Source of the DNA: Toensbergia leucococca
Taxonomy: Eukaryota
Assembly: GCA_022813965.1 (NCBI GenBank)
Contig: JALDZS010000105.1
Location: forward strand, 58,141 to 78,140
Length of the DNA: 20,000 bases
Direction: 5' to 3'
A program made the translations under genes and the position numbers. Numbering within the stretch: position 1 is the stretch's first letter; each line of letters opens with the position of its first letter. This document shows positions 10,234-19,592 of the stretch, piece by piece. The notes under the pieces are model-generated. The model saw only the letters and a program-made list of their open reading frames with translations, did not search any database and was not told the DNA's origin.

Positions 10234-11184
10234 CTATGGTTCAAATACTATACGCTCACTGGCCGGGCTATTCCACACCGTCTCCACATTCTCCAGCTTC
10301 TCAACTCGCACACTCTGCTTCATCCCCGACTTCACAAGCGCGCTGAGTAATTCCGGCATCTCTTTCCGCAACTCATCCATAGACCAGGCTCCGGGACCAC
10401 AACCAAGAAGATGCAAATTCGCCGACCGTAAAGCTGCCGACGGTAGTGAAAGATCTTGGCCAGCCGCACTACCAATTTCCACCCATTGCAACGCCTTGTT
10501 ACGATTGCAACGAGCTTTCAACATCGAAACCATTGCTTGGCTAGCCACTGAGCCCCAAAGATAGTCCAGCACGATATCTACCTCGGCGGCAGCTGCAAAG
10601 GACGTCTCATCACCAAGAGAGATCGCAGTGTCCAGCCCCAAAATCTCCGCCGACTCAAGAGCAGCCGTATTCCTCCCAGCGCCAACCACAGTCTCCGCAC
10701 CCAAGGACTTCGCCACTTGCACGGCCGTGAGTCCTGAAACCCCCGTCGCCCCAAGAACAAAAACGCTAAAGGGCACCGCCGTCGAGATCGTAACCCGACA
10801 TCTCAACGCCATCCAAGACGACATGGCCGGATTCATAAGCGCCGCAACAAGAGCCGGATCCGCTCCTTCCGGCAAGGTAAAAACATCATCTTTTTCAACA
10901 TTAATATACTGCGCAAACGGGCCGGTGGGAGCGTATAGCGCGATGAAGTAGACTGTTTCGCCCGTAGTCGTCACGGTGCCCACGCCGTCCACGCCGGGGA
11001 TGTGGGGCAGAGCGGAAGCGCTGTAATGTTTCCCTGTGGCCCGGGAGCGCACGACTTGGTGGATTGCGGCTGCCAGGACTTTGATGCGGAGTTGGGTGGG
11101 TGTGGGGGCGTCGAGGGTGATGCTTTTGTAGGTTGGGGGTTCGCCCCATATGGATACTACTGCGGCTTGCATGGGTGTTGCCAT
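10234..11184 (-). CDS. Medium-chain dehydrogenase/reductase, zinc-independent quinone oxidoreductase-like, 316 aa, intronless
   Basis: GroES-like N-terminus (MQAAVVSIWGEPP...LPHIPGVDGVG), AALMNPAMSSWMAL, nucleotide-binding VFVLGATGVSG, and DIVLDYLWG. No GHE zinc-ADH motif and no structural-zinc Cys cluster. Confidence 0.88.
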   Translation of the reverse strand: MATPMQAAVVSIWGEPPTYKSITLDAPTPTQLRIKVLAAAIHQVVRSRATGKHYSASALPHIPGVDGVGTVTTTGETVYFIALYAPTGPFAQYINVEKDDVFTLPEGADPALVAALMNPAMSSWMALRCRVTISTAVPFSVFVLGATGVSGLTAVQVAKSLGAETVVGAGRNTAALESAEILGLDTAISLGDETSFAAAAEVDIVLDYLWGSVASQAMVSMLKARCNRNKALQWVEIGSAAGQDLSLPSAALRSANLHLLGCGPGAWSMDELRKEMPELLSALVKSGMKQSVRVEKLENVETVWNSPASERIVFEP

Positions 11185-11511
11185 TGTGGATGTCTGGTTA
11201 TATTTTTCGTGGGGGAGGGGGTGGTTGGCGGTTGGTGGGCGGGGGGTGGGCGGGGGGTTGGGTAGTTAGCCGGCTTTTGGTTGGGGCGGGTGGTAGAATA
11301 GTGGGATGGCTCGGTGAGAGAGAGACAGAAAATAGGATTCCAATTAAAGGTGCAATCAAGCGACTTGTATCAAACAAACAGATTCAGGATGCGAAGGACT
11401 AGAGAGCTGGTTTGAGGATATATATATACCCTTATTCTACCTATAAATATTCCGTACCCCCGCCCCGATATTCTACCCGCCCCACCCGCTTTACTCTATA
11501 CAAATAAAACA

Positions 11512-11554
11512 ACGAATCCGACGAACCCGACGAGCCCGACGAACCCAACGAACC
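11512..11554. repeat. Degenerate 9-nt tandem repeat (ACGAACCCG) x about 5, upstream of the oxidoreductase
   Basis: Units ACGAATCCG, ACGAACCCG, ACGAGCCCG, ACGAACCCA, ACGAACC. Confidence 0.85.
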
Positions 11555-11828
11555 GCGCCGGGAAAAAAAGTAAGAAGATCCAGAGTTTTTTGTGTTTTTC
11601 TGAACGAACCTAAATAACCCCCTATTCTAGTACCTAGACACCTAGAATACCGTGCCTCCCTTCACTTGCACGTCTTGATTTGCGTTTGCGGGGCGGAAAA
11701 AACCTCGGGGTTGCATACCTATTCCCGAGCTTCGGGGGTTCGGGTGTTCCGACGAAACCTTTTTCTTTTTTTTAAACTATTCAATCTTCACGAGAGTTCT
11801 CATACAAATCCAGAATGTAGATATTGCC

Positions 11829-11850
11829 AAAAAAAAAAAAAAAAAAAAAA
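11829..11850. repeat. Poly(A) tract, 22 nt
   Basis: Direct reading. Confidence 0.95.
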
Positions 11851-11854
11851 GACG

Positions 11855-12450
11855 CATTTCAAGATTTTTTGTGATTCATTGTGAGGTGAGGTTTCTTTTT
11901 TTGTGTCACTGAGACACTATCCTCAGTAAAATCAAGAAAATTTTATTAGAGTAATCAATTCTCATCATCATTATATTTCATCTACATTTTAAAATTTTAA
12001 TCTATTACTTTTTTGTTATGAGATTCTTATTGTGTCACTAGTATTAGTCAGCTTTCTATTATCATTATCACTAGCATCTCACTAGGTACCTAGACTTTAC
12101 TAAGAATCATGATGATATACACTAGCGCACTTACCTTAATATAGTCACTTCCTAGGTAGTTAGAGAAAGTCATCTTCTTAACACACACACTTTATACTCA
12201 CAACACTTTTGGTCTACAAATTATATTCAGAGGATTGTATCACAACTTTTCTGCATCTTTAGTCCTACCTAGCATCTAATAAGACTTAAAAGCTTTGTGA
12301 TCATTACATCAGTGTTTCATCAAAAATTTCTCAACTCAGGGGTAGAACTAAAGAATGCATGTATTGTGTAAATTCTTCAGGTGTTTTTGGGAGGAAAGCA
12401 AAATGTATATTTGATTTCAAGTAGTACCTTGTTGTCTACTCCTCTGATCA
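11855..12450. other. AT-rich, CpG-depleted tract; possible decayed repeat or transposon relic
   Basis: I find only one CG dinucleotide (12126-12127) in about 600 nt, no long ORF, and frequent TA/CTAG. No element-specific hallmark is recognisable. Confidence 0.4.
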
Positions 12451-12451
12451 A

Positions 12452-14032
12452 CTAGTACGGGACAGAATTTGAATTCCTTACAAACCGTTCAAGCCGACGA
12501 GCCAGCCGCACCGACGGCTTGTCCACGAAACGCCACATCAAATCCGCTGTATAGATGATGAATGGTAGAGTGATTAGACCCGCGCCCAAGACGGCGACCA
12601 GGTCTTTGTGACCGCCTGCTTCCCCACTTGCTCCAATCTTGTTTCTCAAGGTCTTGACTAGATATTCACCCAGAGTTCGGAGCCACAATAGGTGGACCAG
12701 ATAGAGGGAGAATGAAATGTGTCCAAAGTATTGGACGACGGCGGTGGAGAGGAATCGCTGCACCCAGGGCAGATGCTCCACCGCAAGTATCAATAAAGAG
12801 GCGGCTATAACATACCAAAACTCACATCCGTCATAGTACCAATGAAGGGGACTCGTGCTGGGGCGGTAGCTCGAAGGTGTTAAGTGTGCGAGTAGTTGAT
12901 AACCTGGTGTTTCAGATGCTGCCCGTTGAGGAAAAGATAAGAGGTATAGGGCAGCGAGTAATACGAGTGCCCATCCACCCTGATGTCCAGCGTCCAAAAG
13001 TTCAAGTTTGCTCCATCTGAAACGGTTCAAAGGGGCTGACATTGTAGCAGCGGCGTTGTCTGTTCCAACTTGCGTGGCATGCAAGCTTGGGAGATCCCGC
13101 AGCTTCCGTTCTTGAAGAATAGAGAGCTCTGCAATGATCATACCGGCACAAAAGGCTGCGAAATCCGGATGAGCAAGCAGTAAGGCGTATATCATGAGGG
13201 AGGGGATGAATGCAGCAACCCTCCAAGCCGGTTTCACATTCCAGAGCGCTAGAACCAGAATGAAAACTGATATAGAGCATCGAAACTCAGCTGGAATTGT
13301 CCATAGTGGGTAATCAACTACACTAGCGTACCTTTGCCAAGTGAAAGGGTTGGAGAGTTTGACAAAGTCTGTCGCTGCGAACATCAAGGCTTCAAAAAGA
13401 GTCTGAAGCGGAGCTGGATCTGTGTGGTCATTTGGCTTTATTGCATACGCAAGCCCGCTATTCAATCCAGCCAGGATCTGTACAATCACGATGAGGTAGA
13501 TAGCAATGCACGGCAAGAATAGACGCATCCATCGCCGGAAGCAGTTTGATGTGAGGTTCAAGAGGATCCGTTCCGGGGAACCCTCATGTGACAATTGCAA
13601 TGGCTTCCGTGTCAAAACGTAGCCTGATAGGACGAAGAAAATATATGGCATCGGCAAGCCAGTATAGATCAAGCGGACTACCGGCAGCTGGAAGAAATTG
13701 GACTGGCCTTCTGCCCCGTAAACATGTTCAAGCCTGGCTATATAATAATCCGACAGGAAATGGCAATTGCAGACGATCAAGGATGCGATCCCCCTTAAGC
13801 CGTCCAGGTGTTTGTTTCGATTTGATGTGGCAACTTCATCTTGATCTTTACGAGTGCTCGTACCGACAAAGCTTGGGAGCAGATTTCGAACGAGTATGAA
13901 AACGACATGAGCCGCATAACGCATGCGACGATGGGTCCTGGAAGGCTCGATTTCCCTTTCCCTTTCCCTAACGCTTTCTCTCGCTAGTGGTGCCAGTAGA
14001 GGTTGAGAGGATGAAGAGGACCAGTACATCAT
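12452..14032 (-). CDS. Acyltransferase family 3 (Acyl_transf_3/OafA-like) multi-pass membrane O-acyltransferase, 526 aa, intronless
   Basis: Motifs HLDGLRGIASLIVCNCH, FFVLSGYVL, RRWMRLFLP, LWTIPAEFRCS, YFGHISFSLYLVH and RFVDKPS, plus many hydrophobic segments. Confidence 0.92.
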   Translation of the reverse strand: MMYWSSSSSQPLLAPLARESVREREREIEPSRTHRRMRYAAHVVFILVRNLLPSFVGTSTRKDQDEVATSNRNKHLDGLRGIASLIVCNCHFLSDYYIARLEHVYGAEGQSNFFQLPVVRLIYTGLPMPYIFFVLSGYVLTRKPLQLSHEGSPERILLNLTSNCFRRWMRLFLPCIAIYLIVIVQILAGLNSGLAYAIKPNDHTDPAPLQTLFEALMFAATDFVKLSNPFTWQRYASVVDYPLWTIPAEFRCSISVFILVLALWNVKPAWRVAAFIPSLMIYALLLAHPDFAAFCAGMIIAELSILQERKLRDLPSLHATQVGTDNAAATMSAPLNRFRWSKLELLDAGHQGGWALVLLAALYLLSFPQRAASETPGYQLLAHLTPSSYRPSTSPLHWYYDGCEFWYVIAASLLILAVEHLPWVQRFLSTAVVQYFGHISFSLYLVHLLWLRTLGEYLVKTLRNKIGASGEAGGHKDLVAVLGAGLITLPFIIYTADLMWRFVDKPSVRLARRLERFVRNSNSVPY

Positions 14033-15341
14033 ATTGTTTTTATGAGACTTGAAGGGCTAAAAATCCAAAGAGGTGAGATGAAAGGTGAGAGAGACAGTAG
14101 GCGAGTTGTATGAGACTGAATGGGGCCTCGGACACAAGAGCGGAGAATTCAATCATTTCATCCGTTTCACCAGGATGACTGACGACCAGATTGGTCAATC
14201 TCGATGGGCAGAGCAGCATACAAGAATTTTGTGCATTGACTTTGCCATGCAATCTCTGCCGAGATCCTTATCTGGCGGTGTTTTGTTTTGTTTGCATAGC
14301 ACGTAGGCTTGTGTGGTACGAGGGGAAGTGGGTCATGCATTTGGCAGATCAATTGACTGACTTCGGACGAGCTCGGGGCGTCCACCCACCCACTCCCCTA
14401 GCATCAAAAGATGGCATGCAGTAGAGGAGGTACTCTAGATGACATGAGATTCCGTTGGAGAAGTCGACTTGAGACATGCTGCAGAATCATGATGCAGTCG
14501 TGCTTTAAACTTAGCTAGATGATGCTGCACCTACCAGAAGGGGCGTTGGTGGCGGTATCAAGCTATCGGAAACGGAAAAGCGTGTCAGTGTCTTGGTCGC
14601 CATCGGAAATTCGGGTGCATGGCCGCAAGAGAAGGAGGGCGCGTGTATGTGTAGATTGAGGAAGGAGTGGGCATTAGACGAAAAGGCCATTGGCCATTGC
14701 CCATTGCCTCGAGGGAACGGCCTAGTGTCGGAGAGACTGTATTCCTTTGTCCCTACAGATGAAGGACATGGAGTGGTGGGAGAAGATGGATGCCACCAAG
14801 GACAGACCTATGCTATTGCTGCTAGAGTTGGAGTGTGGAGGTGGGTGGAGGTATCTGGAAGAATCAAATCCCACCGAGAGACGCTATTTAGTTCTAACAT
14901 GGAGATTGAAACAATAGATGGAAGGGATCGAGGGATATTCTAGTTGCAGCGAAGCGAAGCGTAGGACAGAACTAGAATAGCCGTGACAGGGATTGTTAAG
15001 CAGGCGCACGGACCAAGCTCTTGAATATTCTAATAGGTAGTCCCATCACGAGGATGCCTCATGCCACTCGATGGGAACCTAAGCACTAAGGTACCTTAAT
15101 GCAGCGAGAGAGAGCTAGAGCTGGCCTTTTTTATCACATGGAACTTACTATATGTGTAAGTATACCTACTCTACCATCGGTCATTTAGTTTTGCAGTGAA
15201 TCTCATGTAGAATACGGTAGGCAGCGAATGGACGTCTAGAATACCTTAGCACCGCAAAACTAAACTCAGAGAGCTAAGCCCGATCAGTCTTTTTTCACTG
15301 TCACGTTACTGCATCATTAAGCAAAAAGCGGATCAGAGCTG

Positions 15342-15362
15342 GTACTCGTACTCGTACTCGTA
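15342..15362. repeat. (GTACTC)x3.5 hexamer repeat
   Basis: Direct reading. Confidence 0.8.
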
Positions 15363-15423
15363 GTAATTGCCGCTTGCTTCGCTCGCTGCAATGAACACAC
15401 GGAGGGATAGCGAAGCCCAACAA

Positions 15424-15452
15424 CATTTCCATTTCCATTTCCAGTTCCATTT
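15424..15452. repeat. (CATTTC)x about 5 imperfect hexamer repeat
   Basis: CATTTC x3, CAGTTC, CATTT. Confidence 0.8.
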
Positions 15453-15681
15453 TCACATCCCAAGAGACCTATTTGACTAATCGTGCCAAGATAAACGTCG
15501 CCACTAGAATTGAAAATCCAGCTCCTCCACACCAAACGCTCCACCTTTACAGGCATGTTCTACACCATCCTTTCTAATCCTTGCACTAACCTCCATAGCC
15601 CAGGTCGTCGCGTCGCCCTATCGAATCTGTTGGCAGCAAACCCATCACATTGCTGCGTCCCATGGCTACATAGATTACTTG

Positions 15682-18600
15682 TCATCTGTTACCTGCAAAA
15701 ACACCATTTGTGCATGGGCCACGCCTTTGAAACACACTCGTCCCTTCTACTCCAAGCCACAGACTCGTCTCCGACAAAAGGCCCAAACCCTTCAACTGTT
15801 GCAAGCCTCGCCTCAGAGCGCCGACGCCGTTTGCACCTTCGGATCTTCGACCTTCGATGCAAGGAGGGGCTTTAGCTACTAGCGTCAAGTGCTCGTCTTC
15901 TATCAGGTGCAGTAACGGATGGAGAGGATGCCGCTTGCCCGTTTCGTGCACGTCTGTTCGCAGGAGACTCAGCCACTCGTCGTGCGGTAGAGGTCGTAAG
16001 CGCTGCCCGCTGGCACTTTCCAACTCCTTCCAAAACTCCCCGGCATTGATGCCATCGGCCATCACATCTTCGACCTCGGCATTCCGGTCGAAAATCAACT
16101 TCCGTATTCTCTCGGTGATGACATCGACGCTGGCAACGTAAATCCATCCCGCAGCGGCCGAGGAATCGTAGGCATGGATTCTGACAGCACTGGTGGCGAG
16201 TCTCCATATAAAGTCGTCCACGTTCACAACACCCTCTTCCTGGCTACCGATGACGAAGCCAGGTTTGATTACCGAGAACCGACAGCCTCGAGGCGTCGAT
16301 GGCATTGACCTGACCAGCAGCTCCGAAACAGCTTTCGTTTGGCGATAGCCGTTGAGCCCGGATAGATACCTTGCCAATTCGCTGCTTTCGCAACCAGCCG
16401 AATCGAAACGCATTTCTGGGTCAGTCGACATGTATATGAAGCTGGATAACCTGGGAGATGATCGAACGGTATTGAGTAGCTCTACGCTGGAAGAGACATT
16501 TATAGGACGAAGCTCCTCATAGTCAGCCAGCCAGTGGACCGTTGCCCCGTTGTGGATAATTGAATCTACCCCCTCCCGGAGCCTCCTCAGATGATCCGCC
16601 GAGAGGCCCAGGTGTGGTTGACCCAGGTCCCCAAGCCAAACCTCCAGCTTGGGCAATGCCGAATTGCTCCACCATCTTGTATTTGTTGCAGCTATAATTA
16701 TACGATCCCATGCTGAAGCCGGCGTGGGCGCTCTGACGAGCACATAAATCTTTTCCACAAGCGGATGGCTTACGAGAGACCCCAAGATATGTGAGCCAAT
16801 ATAACCAGTGGCGCCGGTCAGAAAGATCCGTTCACCACGTCCCCTTTTCGCAGCAGCTCGCTCGAGGTTTGACCGTAGAGCTCGGAAGTCGTCTAGAACA
16901 TTGCAGGTTCTGGGGTGGAGACTGGATCTCTCGGATCTAGGAGGGCCACTACCATTGGAGAGTTGTTCTCGCACCAGGTCTACCAAGCCCTCGACAGTCA
17001 GAGATGAGTCAATTAGCATTTTCATCGGTATCCGGCATTTGAGCGACTTTTCAATCCTAGCAGAAATCTCAACGATCAAAAGCGATGTTACACCCAGAGA
17101 CCGGAGACGTGATTGGCATTTCAATACTGCTCCACTAGCTTCCGGGCCGACAATGGCTACTAGCATCTGGATGACTTGGCTCAGCAGATGATCAGACCCA
17201 AGTCTATCGACGGCGAAGTCATTCCCACTGATGTTATAGTTGTTAGTAATATGTTGCAAAGCTATTTGGCCCTCAAGCCAGGAGTTCATTCTCTTTCTAT
17301 CTATCTTGTCAGATTTGGTAATCGGAAGTCTATTGACGACAATCCACGTTTCCGGAACAGATTGGGATGGTAGCTTGCACTCAAGGCTTGTCCTCAAGGT
17401 ACCCACTATGCTATTGAATTTGTTGTCGTGTCCATAGGATAGTATGACGAGGCCTTCCTCAAACGGCTGCTGCTGCTGATCGGAGAATTGGACTACTGCC
17501 ACAAGCTTTCCTTGGAAAATGCCCAGCTTTGGTACTGATACCAAAGTAGCATATACAAGATCATCAGCGGTGATATGATACTCGACCTCGCCGAGTTCAA
17601 CTCTGCAGCCTCGAATCTTAACTTGAGAATCCTTCCTTCCGCAATATTCTACGGATCCATTACTCAAGTAGCGCATCAAATCGCCGGTCCAGTAAAGGCG
17701 CCCTCTGGGCTTTGTTCGAAGCCAGGGATGGCCGTCGACAAAGGATGCACGTGTTTTTTCAGGGTCAGAGAGATAACCCCATGCTACCTGTGGTCCCTCA
17801 ACGATGAGTTCTCCCACGGCACCCAAAGGAAGTAATCGTTCGATGTTTTGAGGATCTACAATCCAGGCTCCCATTTCAATACATGTGCCAATGGATGTTG
17901 GGAAGAGAGCGTCAAAGACCACAGAAGTACAAATCCCGCATTCAGCAGTTCCCCAGGCATTAACAAGCGTGACGTGAGGACCCCAAACTCGGATGAGCTC
18001 GCCAGTTATAGGCTCGCCTCCGACCATGATCATTTCTAGTGACGGTACATTTTTTGGTCGAATCAACTTCGTAGACGAAGGCGTTAGCATAGCGAATGTG
18101 GCCTCCAATCGTTGAATTGAGCCGGCCAAGTCGTTTATTCTGCTATCCTCGGACGGAATGCAGACACATCCACCGACAATGAGAGGAAGAAGTATTTCAA
18201 TCATACTCAAATCGAAGCTGTAGGCAGCAAAGTGCAGGATGCGTGTCGATTCGTCGAGCTTCAGTCTCCGCGCAAGCGCATGCAAGCTGGTACCAATGCT
18301 ACTGTGCTCGTGAAGGATGCTTTTTGGTTTGCCTGTGCTTCCAGAAGTGAAGATGATGATTGCAGCGTCTGATGGACTGCAGCAGGGTAACCCAGCGACT
18401 TTGAGTTCGAGCTCCGTTGGAAAATACTTTTCATTGATCTCAACGACGTTCGAGAAGTCTTTAAATCGACTTTTCTGCAGACTGGATACGAGCAGAAAGT
18501 CAGCAGATACTTGTCGGACCATATCGAATAGCCGCTCTGTGGGAAGGGACGGTTCCAGCATAGTGCATGAGGCGCCCGCCTTGAAGACAGCCAGCATTGA

Positions 18601-19592
18601 TACAATCATATATTTGGATTTTTCAAAGCACAACGCAACGACCGACGCCCTCCGAACGCCCCGTGTGACTACTTCAACAGCAAGATGTGTAGAAAGCGCG
18701 TCAAGTTCTCTGTATGACAGAATGCCATCTTCAGCATTGATTGCCAGAGCTGTTGGCTTTTGCCTCGCTCGGTCGCTGAAATCATCATGGAGGCAATTGG
18801 GATATGGCGAAGCCACTTGTTCGTTTCGCTGTCTTATAATAGATTCTTCACTCTCCGCTAGACATTCGAGTCTTCCAACCTGACATTCTGGTTGGTCAAT
18901 CGCAGATGATAGCACCTTTGCGACTGTCGCCGCTATCCCTGATGCTGTGATGGTGGACGACACCGTAGTTGGTAGGACGACAAATACCTCGCCAACCGGC
19001 GCAGAGCCCGGGAGGCATATGGCAAAGGTCGACTGAGATTGATCATCTTAGCTAGTAGCCCACGAGAATGAGTGTATCGTTTTGTACTAACAGCAGATCT
19101 ACTAAAGAATTCCACCCAACCCGGCGACATGTTTTGGCCCAGTAAACTAAAGAGATCCCTAGAAGATTCATAGAGACCAACAAGGACATCAACAGCCGTA
19201 TTGCCATTGCACGAGTGGATCATGGGCGAAGAATGTACAAGATCGAGAGTAACATGCTCGGCGCTTTCTGGTGTCGAGAGCTGCGCAGACAAGGATTTTA
19301 CAAAGTCCAGGAACCGCACACTTGCATCAATACTGATACGGCAAACCTCGCCATAGTCAAGGCCATGTTGCGGTGGGAAGTGGCCCACAGGAGGGATGGC
19401 AACAGTCGCCTGACCAACAATGTCGGAATGGCGATATAGGCTCGAAACGAGAGCCGCTACTGCTCGAAGAACTTGAGGAAGAGAAAGACTGAACTTAGCT
19501 GCCAGAGCTTGAGCGTCGATGATTGCTTTGCCTTGAAGAGGGCAGAAAGCTACAGATGAACTTGTGTCGCTGAAAGCTGGAACTGATCTCAT
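15682..19592 (-). CDS. Single-module NRPS-like enzyme: degenerate condensation-like N-terminus, adenylation, thiolation, thioester reductase (C*-A-T-R). Exons 19592-19092 and 19032-15682, about 1283 aa
   Basis: A phase-0 59-nt intron at 19091-19033 (GTTAGT...CTCAG on the minus strand) joins the 19592 ORF (context CAAAATG) to the long ORF with no stop. A-domain motifs: LSYREL, FTSGSTGKPK, FDLS, GELIVEGP, TGDL, GRKDSQVKIRG.RVELGEVE, KIDRK. Carrier serine in LGVTSL. R-domain motifs: IFLTGATGYIG, IIHNGA, and YRQTK (YxxxK). Confidence 0.9.

Noticed and set aside
14050..15680. Short ORFs between the AT3 and NRPS genes (e.g. 14593-14943, 15510-15875)
   Set aside because: They have non-ATG starts, no domain motifs and no convincing splice structure, so I treated the region as intergenic.
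15682..19592. Lys2 alpha-aminoadipate reductase
   Set aside because: The domain order is similar, but the A and R motifs read as secondary-metabolite NRPS type, I do not see the strong conservation expected of Lys2, and the carrier motif is not LGGHS.
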